From: Rebecca billardiae RCC1528
Lineage: Eukaryota; Protista; Haptophyta
Assembly: GCA_965240325.2 (NCBI GenBank)
Contig: OZ251224.1
Coordinates: 3,844,001 to 3,908,000 of the forward strand
DNA: 64,000 nt
Direction: 5' to 3'
The position numbers and the translations under genes are program-made. The notes beneath the pieces were generated by a model that saw only the letters and a list, made by a program, of their open reading frames with translations, was not told where the DNA came from and did not search any database. Of this stretch, positions 48,301 to 62,008 are shown in pieces. How positions within the stretch are numbered: the first letter of the stretch is position 1; each line of letters starts with the position of its first letter.

Positions 48301-51300
48301 AGGAAGGCGAAGCCGAGGTTGACCGCGATCTCCAGGTGCTTCAGGAAGTCCGGGTCGTTGAACGTGCACACCTTGAGGTTGGACTTGGCCTCGCGCCGCT
48401 TGATCCACGCGACCGCCTGCTGCTGCGGGTCGATGCACAGCGGGTACCGCGACGCGCGCGTCGTGAGGATGCCGTTCTGGATGGAGAGCTCGTCGGGCGG
48501 GAGCCCCTCGCTCGCCCAGCGCGCGGTCTCGACGTCCGACGTGAGCAGCTGCTCCACGCGGAAGTCCCTCGTCAGCGGCATCTGCTTCTCGCGCAGGTCG
48601 ACCTCCCACGTGTCGACCATCAGCTGGTGCCGGAAGTCGTGGTTGAACGCGCCCGTGTACGAGAGGAAGGCGGCGGCGAGCAGGCAGTCGCCGATGAGCA
48701 TCACGCGCTTCTCCTGCAGCAGCCCGATGTCCTTCGTCCAGCGCTCGCGCTCCGAGCCGAGCCCCGAGATCAGCTGCGACGCGGCGATCAGCTGGCGCTC
48801 CATCGTCTCGGCCTTGTCCTGCAGCTCGCGCTCCTCGGCCGTGCCCGTCTCGTACTTGTCGCGCAGGTCCTTGAGCAGCTCCTCGAGCTCGACGACGTCC
48901 TTCTTGATCTTGGCGAGGTCCTTCTGCGCCTGGCGCAGCGCCTTCTCCGCGTTCGCCACCGCCTGCCGCTTCGGGTTCACCGTCTTGGCCACGCCGTGGT
49001 AGTTGACGATCGCGTACACCCACTTGAGCAGGCCGCCGCCCGCGCGCGAGATGGTGCCGACGTTCTCGACGGTGAAGAGCGGCTCCTGGAAGGCCTCCTT
49101 GACCTTCTTGATCTGCTTGTCGGTGATCGAGTCCTTGTCGTACTCGACGAGCGACTGCAGGAAGCCCATGTCCGCCATCATCGCCTTGGACGCCTTCCAC
49201 GAGAGGTCCTTGAGCCCGAGGCCCTTCAGCACGTACACGCACTCGCACACCTTGCGCACGAGGTCGTGCGGGTTGGCAAACGAGCGGATCTCGGTGATGT
49301 CGTCCTTGTTGAGCGACTTGAGCGCCGTCGCGGCCTCCTCGAGCGCGGGGATCGCCGCCTCGAGCGCCTGCTCCGCCTCCTGCTTCTCCACCGCGATCTG
49401 CTTCGACGACTCCTCGAGCTCGCCCTCGCGCTGCGTCGCCTCGGCCTTCTTCGCCTCCGCCTTGGTCGTGTTCTCCGAGATGACCTCGAGCATCTCCTTC
49501 ACCTCCTTCGACTTGAGGTCGACCTCGGCCTTGGCGACCTTGAGCTTCTCCGACATCACGTCCACCTCGTGCGCCGCCTGGATCAGCTTCTGCAGCCCGC
49601 CGTCCAGCCGCGAGACCTGCGTGTCGATCTTCTTGCGCTCCTCCTTGAGCCCGCGCTTGTAGTTGGAGATGAAGTCGAGGTAGTTCTTCGGCGTCACGTA
49701 GTTGTGCCGCTTGAGCTGCATCTCGTAGTCGGAGGACTTCTGCATCACCGACTCCTGCACGAGCACCATGTGCTCGATGATGTCGCCGCGGTTCGCGTCG
49801 GGCAGCTGCTCCTCCTGCAGGAACACGGCCGCGACCGAGAGCAGCGCCTGGTGCGGCCACGGCACAAACCAGTCGATCACCGTGTTGTTGATCATGCCGG
49901 GGAAGGAGCGGCAGCGCACGCGCAGCGCCTCGCCGATCGGGCTCATCGCGAGCACGACGTGCAGGTTGTCGCGGCACTTGGCGACGAAGTACTGCCACAC
50001 CGCGTCCTTCGAGTCCGGCAGCCCCGCCTTGGTCACCTCGTCGCGGATGTTGTTGATGATGCCGTCGCGCTCCGACTCCTCGTACAGCGCTGGCACGATG
50101 CCCGCGGCGAGCATGTTGTTGATCAGCTCGAGGAAGCCCTCCTCCGCGACGTGCGAGTCGGTGAAGAGGAACGCGACGGGCTTGTACGGCAGCATGCCGT
50201 ACAGCGTCTTGAGGTCGTCGCGGAACGACGCCTCAGAGTAGCCGCGCGTGAGCGTGATCTCAAACACGTCGCAGTCCGCCACGTGCGCCGCGAGCCGCGT
50301 GATCGACTGCTTGCCCGAGCCGCCGACGCCGACGAGCAGCGCGTTGCCGCGCGGCAGGCGCAGGATGCGGTGCACGCGCACGAGGTGGTCCAGGCAGTCG
50401 TCGAAGAGCACGAGGTTCATCGCCTTGTGGTTGAGGTTGTACCGCTCGAGCGCGTTGTCGAGCACAATCTTGATCGCCTCGTACGAGGGCAGGTTCTCGT
50501 ACAGCCGGACGTGGTCGGTGTTCTCCTTGGCCTCGCGCGCCTCCTCGATCTCGTTGTACAGCATGAAGTCGCCGAACAGCACGGGCGACTCGAGCGCGTG
50601 CGCCGCGAAGTCGCCAAAGTCCTTGTTGAGGATCTCGGAGATCTTGCCCGTCACAAACGACTTGTCCGCGTTGCCGACGAGCCGGTCGTAGAAGCAGCGC
50701 AGCACCTCGTGCCGCCACAGCCGCACGACGTGCTGCGGCTCGGTGAACTTGTCGGGCGTCGCCTGCATCAGCCCCTCCGAGATGCGCGAGAGGTCGCGCA
50801 GGTTGAACACGTAGTGGAACTTGGACGGCGTCGCGGGCAGCGCGGTCGTGATCTCGTTGAACAGGTTGAGCGACGCGATCGTCAGCCGGTTCGACAGGTC
50901 CGCCTGCTTGATCGACGCGTCGAAGTGCGTGCCGTTGAAGTGCTGGTCGAGGATCGTGGCGTAGATCGTGCGGATCGACGACTCGGGCGGGAACGTGATG
51001 GCGAACACCGAGTACAGGTTGACGAAGCGCGGGTCGACGACCGCGCGCGCGCCGCCCGGCGGCGCCATCGCGGAGATGGACTGGATGTCCTTGATGTACT
51101 TGAGCGACAGCTCCTTGCGGTCGTACATGAAGCCCTTGTCGAGGAGCAGCTTGAGCAGCGCGATGGGCTGCTGCGTGCCGTACGTGTCCACGCGCGGCAT
51201 GTTCAGGTCGTCGACGAAGATCAGCAGCCGCTTGCCCGCGGGCGGGCCAAACGTGTCCTTGGTCCGCTTCTCGATCGAGTCCTCGATGGCCGCCTGCACG

Positions 51301-54300
51301 TCGCGCGCCGACGTGCGGTACGAGAAGTTGATCGTGAGCGAGAGCGTCTTGTCGGCGTTCTGCGTCTGCACGAAGGAGCGCACGATCGTCGTCTTCGCCG
51401 TGCCCGAGTCGCCCACCAGCAGCACCGGCGTGCGCGAGCCGTTCACCACCGACTCGAGGATCCAGCTCGTGCGCACCGTGTCGGCGGTCGGCACGACAAT
51501 CGACGAGAACTTGCCGTCGATCGGCGGCGCAAACTCGGGCACGAGGCCGGTCCACGCGGCCCAGCGCCGCTCCTCCACGTCGAAGATGTAGTCGTGGAGC
51601 GTGGGCAGGAAGCCCGGCAGCTGGCCCGGCCCGCAGTTCGCCTGCTCCGACGGGTTCACGTTCAGCCCGCTCATCTTCTTGAGGAACTTGTCGAACTTGA
51701 CGCGCGCGTCCTGCACGAGCGCGCCGCCGACCGACCACGTGAGGCACATGATGTACACCGCCTCGAGGAGCGGCGGCTCGATGATGGGCTGCTCGGCGGG
51801 CAGGATGGCGTCGAGCAGCCGCGTCAGCTGCATCGTCAGCCCCAGGTCCGTCCGCGGCACGATCTGCCGCAGCGGGTCGACGATGAGGAGCTTCTCGCGG
51901 TCCTCGACGCCGTCGATCACGTACTCGAGGCAGGTGGCCAAGTACTTCGCCATGAGCGAGGAGAGGATCTCGGCCTCCTGGGCGTGCGGCCGCGCGGCGA
52001 GCCACGAGTCGAGGAACGGGCGGTACCCGAGGTCCTTCGGGTCGACGTACACCATGCCGCAGCGCGAGATCGTCGCGGGCGAGGCGTACTGCAGGTCGAA
52101 GACCTCGAAGAGCATGCAGCACGTCGGGTAGTTGAGCCGGATGCGCTCGCCGTTCGGCAGCGTGAGCAGCTTGTTGTCGTCCATCACCGAGTTCATGTTC
52201 TCGACCCAGACGGCGTCGACGTCGCCGTCGTACACGATGTACCGCCGCTCCTCCTTCCCCTCGGGCGGCGGCTTGTTCATCTCGCGGAAGATGTTCGAGA
52301 GCAGCCCGTCCGTCCAGTCGCGCGTCGCCGGGTCGAGCACGCCGTACAGCTCGAGCACCGACTGCGCCTTCGGGTTGATGGTGTTCATCTTGGTGGGCAG
52401 GCCGAGCTGGGTCTGCGCGCGCGCGAGGGTGTTGAGGATGACGGTCTTCCCGCCGCCCGTCGGGCCGACCACCATCGTCGTGTGCCGCGTGAGCATCGTC
52501 TCGTACAGCTGCACCACCTTGTCCGCCTGCACCTCGAGCTGCTGGTAGCCGTACTCGGAGAGCTGCTTCTCGACCGCGTCGTTGAACGAGGCGTACCGCA
52601 CGCGCGGCGTGTCGAGGCCGGGGAAGAGGTCGGTGATGAGCCCGCGGAAGAGCGGGACGTCCTCGTACACGAACTTGGGCATGTTCATGTCGCGCAGCGC
52701 GCGCATCAGGATCGTCGCCTCGGAGAGGCCGGGCGAGGAGCGCTTGAGGTCGCCCGCCATCACGAGCACCGACTTGAGCGCGCGCAGCCCAAAGTCGTAG
52801 TGGTACTGCTTGGAGAGCTGCTCCTTGGCGAGCTTGTACAGCGTGGTCATCTTCTTCGCGAGCACCTTCGCCGAGACGAACCCCTGCGACATGAGCATCA
52901 CCATGCAGATCAGCTCGAGGTTGGGCACGACCATCGTGACCGGCCGGAAGAGCGCCTTGAGGTTGTCCGGCAGCTCGGTGCGGCCCGCGTACCCGGGGTT
53001 CATCGTGATGAAGATGCCCACGCGCGGGTTGAGGTTGATCTCGCGCGACTCGAAGGTGAAGCGCTTCAGGTTCTCCAGGCACGCGTTCTGGATCGTCTTG
53101 ATCTGCGCCGACACCACCGAGAGCACCTCCGCGTCGATCCGGTTGAACTCGTCGAAGCAGCCCCACGCGCCGCACTGCACGAGCCCCGAGAAGATCGAGC
53201 CCATCGCCTTGTAGTCGAGGCCCTCGCCGCAGTTGAAGACGACGCACTGCAGCGCCATCGCCTTCGCCAGGTCCTTCACCGTCTCCGTCTTGCCCGTGCC
53301 CGCCGGCCCGGCGGGCGCTGTGCCGAGGCGGTACGAGAGCGCCTGCGTCATCGTCATGTAGCAGCGGTCGGTGAGCGGCGTGATCACCAGCCGGCCCGAG
53401 AGGCCCTGGTACTCGTAGCCGAAGAGGAACTCGCCGGAGCACTGGTTGATCGCGACGTCGTCCGCATCGCGGTCCCAGTAGAAGCGCAGCTGCGACTCCC
53501 ACGCGAACTCGCGCGCGTCGAGGATCGAGTCGCGCACGAACGTGTCGATGATGTCGCGCGCGTGCAGGTCGACGATGATCAGCGTGTTGATCTTCTTCGT
53601 CATCAGCTTCTCGGTGACGGTCTGCACCTCCTGGATGAGGCGCTCGAGGCCGTCGGAGCACTTGCGCGCGTACGCCTTCATCGCGTTCTTGTCGCCCTTG
53701 CGCACGCGGTCGAACGTGTCCTCGCACTCCCACGTCCACCAGATCTGCGCGGCGGTGTTGACGACCATGCCGAGGTTCTCGTCGATCCACGCGATCCGGT
53801 CCTTCTCCGCGTGGTAGAAGGTGCCCTCCTTGTGCATGCGGTTGAGCGTGCGCATCATCTCGGCCTCGACCGCGAGGAGCCACACCTCCACCGCGCCCTC
53901 CGTCGGCTGCACCGTGATGAAGTCGAAGCCCTCCTTCTCCGACGAGAGCATGCCGAGCACCTTGGCGCCGCCGCGGTCGAACTTGAGCGCGGCCGTGTTG
54001 TCAAAGAGCTTGAGCATGTGCTCCTGCACGGAGGTGGGGTCGGACGTGCCGAGGATCGAGAGGAGCTCGTCGTCGGAGAGGAAGTAGAACCGCGGGAACG
54101 CCGTGCGCTTCGTCTCGAGGTAGTCCGAGAGCGACTTCTGGCACGCCTCGAGCTGCTGCAGCAGCCCCTGCAGCGCCTCGAGCCGGCCCTCGGCCGTGCA
54201 CGACTCGAGCACGGACGGGTTCTTGTTCGTGTCGCTCATGATCTTCTTGAAGGTGGTGTGTATCCGGTCGAAGCGCTTCGCCTCCTCGGGCAGCTGCAGC

Positions 54301-57300
54301 CGGATGTCCTCCGAGCCCACGAAGATCGCCTCGAGGTACATCCACTTGGACTGCACCTTCATCCACACCTCAATCACCTCGGCGATCGTCGACATGATCT
54401 TCTCCCACTTCTTGGTCTGGTCGAGGAAGGGGCCAACGAAGCGCGAGGCGGACATGGACGAGAGGTTCATCATCTGGTCCTCCAGCGTGAGCTGGATCTC
54501 GTCCGTCGCCTTGAGCACGAAGCCGCGCTCCGTGCCGCCCTTGACGTACTTGGTGACCTCGAAGCGCGTGAGCCGCCACGTGTCCGTGATGTCGTTGATG
54601 CCGCGCTCGATGGTGAGCTCCTTGACCGCGGCGGAGGTGAGGTCGGCGATCTGCTCGGAGAACTTCTCGAGCTGCATGTCGAACAGCTTCGCGAGCGTGA
54701 ACGTCTTCGGGTTCATGTCGAACTTGATGCCGGTGAGCTCCATGAGCCGCTCCCAGTGGCGGTCGCGCAGCGCGTCGTTCTTCAGGTTCTGGATGAGCGG
54801 CAGCGAGTCGAGGAAGCCGACGATCTGCTCCTCGAGCGACTTGAAGGTGCTCGCGGTCTGCCGCTCGGTCTTGATGTCGTTGCCGTACACGCGCGTCATC
54901 CCCTTGAGCCGCGACTCGAACCCCTCCATCCCGCGCTCGAGGATGCTCAGGTCAAGCTCGGACCAGAGCGTGCCCGCCCACGTCTCCTTGGCGTCGCGCT
55001 GCTCCTTGTACAGCTCGTACAGCGCCTGCAGCTTGCGCAGGTTGGACTCGACCTCGGTGATCTCGGGGAACGACTGCACCGGCATGTTGAACAGCTTCTG
55101 CGCGAGCGCGAGCTCCTCGCGCCGCCGCTGGATCTCGCCGAGCTTGAGCATGTAGTCCTCGAGCCTCTCGAGCCCCTCCTCCATCGCGATGCCGGGCGCG
55201 CCCGGCCCGTGCTTCTCAAAGTCGTCGCGCACGTCGAAGGCCTGCCGGCCGAAGTCGGCGACCTGGTCCTCGGTCACCTTGGTGAACTTGCGCTTCACCG
55301 GCCCCAGCGCGCGGTCGCGCACGCGCGCCTTCACCAGCAGCTCCTCCCAGCGCGCGCGCACGTTGTCGACCATCTCCGCCTCCTCGTCTGACACGCGGTG
55401 CTCGTACATGCGCAGCGTGCGGTAGCGCTCCTCGAGGTCCGTGTACTCGAGCTCCATCAGCATCGACTTGTCGCGCACCTCCGCGATCACGTTGAGCACG
55501 AACTTGAGCTCGTCGAGCGACTCGGGCTCCTGGTCCATGTTGGACGCGAACTCGAAGATGAGCTCGTTCATGTCGAGCAGCTTCTGCCGGCACGACGCGT
55601 TGAGGTGCTTGCAGATCTCGACGATCCAGCGCTGCGCGTGGTCGGCGACCTCGCGGACGAGCTGGCCGACGGTGACGCGCACGAAGTCCAGGTCCTTCTC
55701 CGCCGGCATCGCCGACACCTCCGTCACCACCCGCCGCTTCTTCACCAGCTCCGAGTCGTACTTGACGCACGAGGGCAGCCGCTGCGCAAACTTCTCGAGC
55801 GTCGTCTTCTTGTCGCGCTTCCACAGGTGGTCGTAGTGGCGGAACTTGTCGAGGTACTTGTTGATCCGGCCGAAGACCTGCTGGATCTTCTGCGTCAGCG
55901 TCATCATCAGCTTGATCACCTCGGGGTTCGCGATCACGTCCGTGTAGAAGGAGAAGACGATCGGGTCCTCGTCGTCGGAGATCACCTGCTGCGGCGTCTC
56001 CATGCACGTGCCGTCCATCCACCGCACAAACAGCCGCGTGTTCTCGACGATCGACTTGACCATCTTCGAGAGCAGCTTGTTGATCTCGGAGAGCGGCGGC
56101 GAGACCACCACCTCGGGCGTCGAGAGGATCGCGCCCACGCGGAACAGCGGCGGCGCGCGCGCGTACGAGTCTGCGTCCTCCGCCTGCAGCGCGTACGACT
56201 GCAGCAGCGTGAGCAGCTTCGTCATGCCCGACACGACCATCTTGTTGAGCGCGACGAAGAGCTGCTGCTCCCAGTACGCGTAGTACTCGCGCATGTGCGG
56301 CGAGCGCCCCGAGTTCGTGCCGATCACCTCCTCCTCGATCTTCACGAGCAGCGGCGAGATCTGGTGGTACTTTTGCACGAGCTCCTCGACCGTGCGCAGC
56401 CGCGTGCGCTCGAGCTCGTCGTACAGCTCCTGCAGCTCGGGCACCTCGGCGACGACGCCCGCGGCGGCGGCGGCGGCGTTGGTCGCGCCGAGCTGGACGA
56501 CCTGCGCGCGCGAGACCGAGTCGACCACCCCCTTGATGATCGCCGCCTTCTTCTGGATCTGCTTCGACAGCGACTCGAACTTTTTGATCGCGTCCGTGCT
56601 CGACTTGACAAACTCGGGGATCGAGAGCGAGTTCCAGTTGAGCAGCTCGCAGCCCTTGTTGAGCACGTCGCGCAGCTCCTTGATCTTGGAGGCGAGCAGG
56701 TTGGTCTCGACGGGCGTGAGCGCGCGCAGCACCTGCCGGTGGTACTCGAGCATCGCCGAGAGCGACTCGACGTACGTGTAGTACTTCTCCTCCTGCAGCG
56801 TCACGTTGAGCGCCGTCTCGGGCACGGGGAAGCCCATCCGGTCGAGGTACTTCGACTCGCGGATCAGCACGGAGAGCACCGGGTTGAAGTTGACGGCGAG
56901 CTCGCCCGAGTCCTGCGCGAGCAGGATGTGCTCCTTCAGGTGCTTCATCGCCAGCTGGTTCACCGACTCGCGCCACTCCGAGAAGAGCGCGCCCTCGTAC
57001 CGGCGCATCTCCTTGGCGACGGCGACAAACTTTTTGTTCACCGCCTTGCCCTGGTCGGTCGAGAAGAGCTCCTCCATCGACTGGAACTTGGCGATGGACT
57101 GGCGGATGCGGAGGAAGAGCGAGTGCGACCACGAGATCGCGCCGGCGACCGGCGGCTGGTTCTTCGTCAGCGGCGGGCTCTCCTTGTGCTGCGTGAAGAT
57201 CGCGTGCACCATGTCGATCTCCTTGCCGTACTGCGCGAGGATGTCGGCGGTCTTCTGCTCCATCTGCTGCTTGATCGCCTCGCGCGACTGGATGTTGCGG

Positions 57301-59386
57301 AACTTGCAGAGCAGGTCGAAGGCGCCCTCGGCGGAGCGGAGCTTCTTGAACGACGTGTCCATGAACGACTTGGTGTTCTCCTCGATCTGCTCCACGTCCG
57401 AGCGGAACTTGGCCATCACCGACTCCCACGACGTCTGGTACCGCTTGTCGAAGATGTCGAACGGCACGGTCTCGAGCGGCACGACCAGCCCCTCCACCTT
57501 GCCGATCACCTCGTCGATGCCCTGCGCGTCGCCGGTGACCGCCTTGAGCTCGGAGCCGAGGATCGAGTGGAAGTTGTCCAGCACCTGCGCCACCTCCTCC
57601 AGGTCGGCGCACCGGTCCTTCATGTAGTTGGTCCGGTCGAAGAGCTTCTTCTTGTCAAACTCCCACCGCTGGTCGCGGCCCGAGAGCTCGATCTTCTCGC
57701 GCACGGCGAGGTACGTCTTGTACCACTTGTCGAGGCAGGTGCGCGCGTCCTGGATCTTGCGGATCGCGTGCACCGCCTGCTCGCGGAAGATGCTCTTCAC
57801 GTTGATGATCGTCGCCACCTTGGACGCGATCTCCCACGCGATGCGCGTCATGAGCGGCACCATCCGGTCGTCCGTGTTGTAGTGGCGCGAGATCACCCAC
57901 ACCATGCGGATCGCGTTCATCATCGAGGGGAGCGTGTCGATGATGGCGGCGAGCGAGCCCGGCCCCGCCTGCGAGATCGTCTTGAAGTGCCGCTCGAGCG
58001 TCGTGAGGAACTTGACGTTGTCCTTCGCCTCGATGTAGTACTTCTGCAGCTCGCCGAACGCGTACTTGAAGTTTGGCAGCACGCCCGAGTCTGAGTGCTC
58101 GAGCACCTCGATCATGCGGCGCACGTTGGGCGTGTTGAGCTGCTCGGAGATGGTGGAGAGCGCGGCGTTGCGGTTCCGCCAGAACTCGATCTCCGCGAGC
58201 GGGCCCTTGCCCACCGGCTGCTTCGCCTGCTGCTGCTCGATCACCTGCGCGATCGCCGGCGTCCACTCCTCGAGGGCAGACTCGAGCTGCGTCACGATCT
58301 CAAAGTTGTCCATCGCGCGCTGCGGGTCGTCGATCACGACGTTGGGGATGTTGAGCCGGATGTCGCCCGTCACCTGCTGGATCGCGTGGCTCACCTGCGA
58401 GACGAACTTGGACATGTTGTTCACGAACTCGAGGTTGGCGCCGTCGGCGCCGTCGCCGATCGACGACGCGCCCCCCGCGGCGCCCGCCGCGCGCGGCTTG
58501 CCGCTGCCGCCGACGGGCTGCGAGATGAGCGGCATGTACACCTGCTGGATCAGATGCTCGAAGACGACGAGCGTCGACTGCCCCCCGGGCATCGAGCCGA
58601 ACGACAAGCGGTCGAACTGCGCGCGGAGCGGCGGGGGCGCGGCGGGGGCCCACCACATCAGCGCCGTGCGACGCGGCGTCAGCGCGCGGCCGGGGCGGCG
58701 GTGCGCGCGCGCGCGCGAGCGGCCCGGCGTGCACGGTCACGGGCGCGCACCATGAAGGTGTCCACGTCCTGCTCCTCGTCCAGGTGCAGCGGCTCCTCCG
58801 TCGTGCACGAGAAGGAGATCGCCTCTGCTGTCGGCCGCTCCGAGAGGGCGGCCTGCACGCGCGCGGCGCCGATGGCCAGGTGCAGCGTGGAGACGAGGTA
58901 GGGTTCCGGCGGCGTTTTCACCTTTTCGGGCTCGTCGGACGCGGCGTCTTGCCGCTCCGCGTCCTCCTCGTCCTCGGGCTCCGCCGCGGGGCCGTCGGTG
59001 AGCGGCGCGCCGGCCGCTGCGCCGGGCGCGCCAGCCAACGCGCCGGCTGCGTCGTCGCCGTCGCCGCCCGGCGTGTCCCCGGCCGGGTCGCTCTCGGCGG
59101 GCGCACCGTCTGCAATGGGCCCGTCGCCCTCCTCGCCGTCGTCCTCAAAGTCCGCCGCTGGCTTGCGCGGCGGCGGCGCGACAGGCGACTCCGGTTCTGG
59201 CTCGACCAGCGTCTGTGAGACCTGGAAAACGAGCGCCGGGCGCGTGCCGGAGGCATCGAGCCAGTCGACGAGCTCGTGCGTGGGCACACCACCCTCCGAG
59301 CGCAGGAGCGTGTCCCACGCCTCGCTATCCGCGCCGAGGCTGGCGCAGACCCGCGCGCCCAGCCAAGCGAGGCGCGGGTCGCTCAT
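45330..59386 (-). CDS. DNAH10: Axonemal dynein heavy chain, inner arm I1/f alpha (DNAH10-like); intron 58617-58750
   Basis: About 4600 aa. P-loops GPAGTGKT, GPTGGGKT, GDSGTAKT and GVGGSGKQ, with N1/N2 tail motifs. C-terminal HPSHWILQGVAITLN resembles DNAH10. Confidence 0.9.
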
Positions 59387-59634
59387 GGCGGTTTCTTGCT
59401 CGCTGGATTGAAGGGCCGGCCGCGATGGAGTCGTTCGACTCCGGCCATGGTAGTCCAACGCTCAAGAAGTCCGGGACAGAGGTGCTCACTGCTCAGTATC
59501 TTGGGAGCCGCCGCCGCCGCCCAGCGAGAGGGATCTCACGAGTTCAGATTCTCGGTGGTTTAACTGGTGAGCGGTGTAAGCCGTCTTGTGCGTCCTAGAC
59601 GAGCGCGCGGGAGAGGCACACGACGCCTGCTGCG

Positions 59635-61644
59635 ATGTCAACGACGATGATTGCCAGCTCGCCGGTGCCACCGCCCTCGCCTCCACCGGGGCACCGCAGC
59701 CCGCGAGCGGCGGCGCGGCCGCTGCAGCGCTCGAATAGCTTCAATCTCGCGCCGAAGCGGCTCCGCTCGAGCGAGCATGACGACCAGTCCGGTGCGAAGC
59801 AGCCGTCGGCCGCGGCGAGCGGCACCGCGCCGGCCGGCACGGTGCCGCGGCTCGTGCGAGCCGCGTCGCTCCCGAGGCGGCGCCACGAGAGCCCTGCGAA
59901 GGGGGACGAGACCGAAGACCACGCGCCGAACGAGGCTCTCGCGGCTCTGCTCGCGCGCTCAAGCCAGGGCGATCCGACGCTGCGCCGGCTGCGGCTAAAC
60001 GCGCACGTCGAGCTCTCGCGCGCGACGGCCGCGCACCAGGCGGACTTCCTGCGCGGGCTCGGCCTCGGCCGCGCACTCGTGGAGCTGCAGCTGCACGACA
60101 ACCGCCTCGACGACGCGGCCGCGATCGCGGTCGCCGAGCTGCTCAGGCGCGGCGCGGCGGGCACCGGCCCGCGGCTCGAGCGCCTTTCGCTCGAGCGCAA
60201 CTCGATCGCCGAGGACGGCGCCCTCGCCGTGTGCAAGGCGCTCGGCGGGCACCCGAGCCTGCGCACGCTCTCGATCGCCGAGCAGGCACGCCCACTCAGC
60301 GCCGCGGTGGGCGCCGCCTTCTGCGACATGCTCGAGAGCTCGAACACGACGCTGCTCAAGCTGAACGTGGGCAACCTCCGCTCGGACGAGTCTCGGCTCG
60401 TGCGGCAGCGCCTCTCGTCGCTGCTGCTGCGCAACGGCGACGTGGCGCGGCGGGAGCGGCTCGCGGCGCAGCAGCAGCAGCAGCAGCGGCAGCGCGAGGA
60501 GCAACCGCCGACGCCGGCGCGGCGCATCTCCTCCACGCCGCAGCTCTCCTCCAGCCTGCAGCCCGCCGCCGACTCGATCGAGCCGGTCGTGAGCTCGATC
60601 ATCGAGCGGCACGAGGTGATCGGCTTCAGGGACGAGGCGGCGCGCGTCGCGCGCTCCGAGCTGCCCGCGGCGAGGCGGCTCGTGCGCGGCGGCGAGGAGG
60701 GGGCGGAGCTGTGCATCGGGCTGAACGGCGACGCGCAGTTCTCCCGCGCCAGCCCGGACGTGCGCCGCGAGTTCATCCGCGCGTTTGGCTCCAACACGAC
60801 CGTGGCGCGCGTCGAGATGGCGTGCGTGCAGCTCGACGACGGCGACCTGCTGGCCTGGGCGGAGGCGCTGCGCGGGAACAGCACGCTCCGCGTGCTCGTG
60901 CTCGACGGGAACCAGATCGCGTGCGGCCCGGACGCCGCCGCCGCGCTCGCCGACGCGCTGCGCCACAACCAGGCGCTCGTCGAGCTGCGGATCGCCGAGC
61001 AGCGCAAGCAGTGGTCGCAGCGCGCCGAGGAGACGGTGGCGGAGGGCCTGCGCGACAACGGCTCCCTGATCAAGCTCGTGCTCGCCTCGACGCGATCGGC
61101 GCACGCGCGCTCGCTCATCGAGAGCTGCACGTCGCGCAACCGGCGCACCGCGCGGCAGCGCGCGGCCGCGGGCGGCACGCACCAGCCGGTCGTCGCCGCC
61201 GCGCCCGCCGCGCCCAGCGGAGGCGGCGCGCGCCAGCCGGCGGCCGCCGCGCCCGGCGCGCCCGCGGCCGGCGCACGCGCTGAGCCGGCCGCCCCTCCGG
61301 CGGCGCTCAGCAGCCGCGTGCAGCAGGCCGTCGCGCAGTTCCAAGGAGGCGCGGCGCTGTCGCCGACGCCGCAGCCTCCGCAAGAGCCCCCACCCACGCA
61401 AGCCAGCAGCACGCCCCGTCGGCGCCTCGTACGCCGTGCCTCGCCCTCGCGCAGGATGACGCGCCGACCGCGCGCGGTGGGGGCGACGCCGACGCCGGAC
61501 CGTGATGTGGCCGAGGCGCGCGGTCACGACCAGCCAGCGCCGAGGTGGTGCAGTGCCATGCCGGAGCGCGATGTGGCCGAGGCGCGCGGTCACGGCCAGG
61601 CAGCTCCGAGGTGGTGCAGTGCCAGGATTGACTTGAGCGCCTGA
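59635..61644 (+). CDS. RNI-like leucine-rich-repeat protein (two tropomodulin-like LRR blocks)
   Basis: LVELQLHDNRLDD, LERLSLERNSIAEDG, NTTLLKL, NSTLRVLVLDGNQI and NGSLIKL. A 66-bp tandem duplication lies near the C-terminus. Confidence 0.8.
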   Translation: MSTTMIASSPVPPPSPPPGHRSPRAAARPLQRSNSFNLAPKRLRSSEHDDQSGAKQPSAAASGTAPAGTVPRLVRAASLPRRRHESPAKGDETEDHAPNEALAALLARSSQGDPTLRRLRLNAHVELSRATAAHQADFLRGLGLGRALVELQLHDNRLDDAAAIAVAELLRRGAAGTGPRLERLSLERNSIAEDGALAVCKALGGHPSLRTLSIAEQARPLSAAVGAAFCDMLESSNTTLLKLNVGNLRSDESRLVRQRLSSLLLRNGDVARRERLAAQQQQQQRQREEQPPTPARRISSTPQLSSSLQPAADSIEPVVSSIIERHEVIGFRDEAARVARSELPAARRLVRGGEEGAELCIGLNGDAQFSRASPDVRREFIRAFGSNTTVARVEMACVQLDDGDLLAWAEALRGNSTLRVLVLDGNQIACGPDAAAALADALRHNQALVELRIAEQRKQWSQRAEETVAEGLRDNGSLIKLVLASTRSAHARSLIESCTSRNRRTARQRAAAGGTHQPVVAAAPAAPSGGGARQPAAAAPGAPAAGARAEPAAPPAALSSRVQQAVAQFQGGAALSPTPQPPQEPPPTQASSTPRRRLVRRASPSRRMTRRPRAVGATPTPDRDVAEARGHDQPAPRWCSAMPERDVAEARGHGQAAPRWCSARIDLSA

Positions 61645-62008
61645 GGCTGAGCGCCCGCCCCGACTACGCAGCGCCGTTACTCTTGAGACTCACTGCGCAG
61701 CGCCGTTACTCTAAGACTCCACCGCCAGTATCGGAGTTTCGTCGCGTGTACGGTAATCAAACTTGACGCGATGTCGCGATTCACCGTGTGCGCGCATCGG
61801 AGTGGGTAATATCGCCTGCCTGAGCTGTGTGGCGTGTGCGTCTCTTATTCTTAGGAAACTGTACTGTATTCGCGGACGTAAAGTACCGTATGGCGTATGC
61901 CCCCTATTCATATCAGCTGAACATTAGTACCGTAGCTCCAACTGCCGTACCCGCCAGCGCTGGGGTACTGCCCCCCTTCGTGGCATCTCATCGCGCATCC
62001 TTCTCCGC

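Noticed and set aside
45375-58094. Very long plus-strand ORFs (3338 aa, 898 aa) and alternative minus-frame ORFs over the dynein gene
   Set aside because: They are shadow ORFs caused by extreme GC3 bias and contain no recognisable domains.
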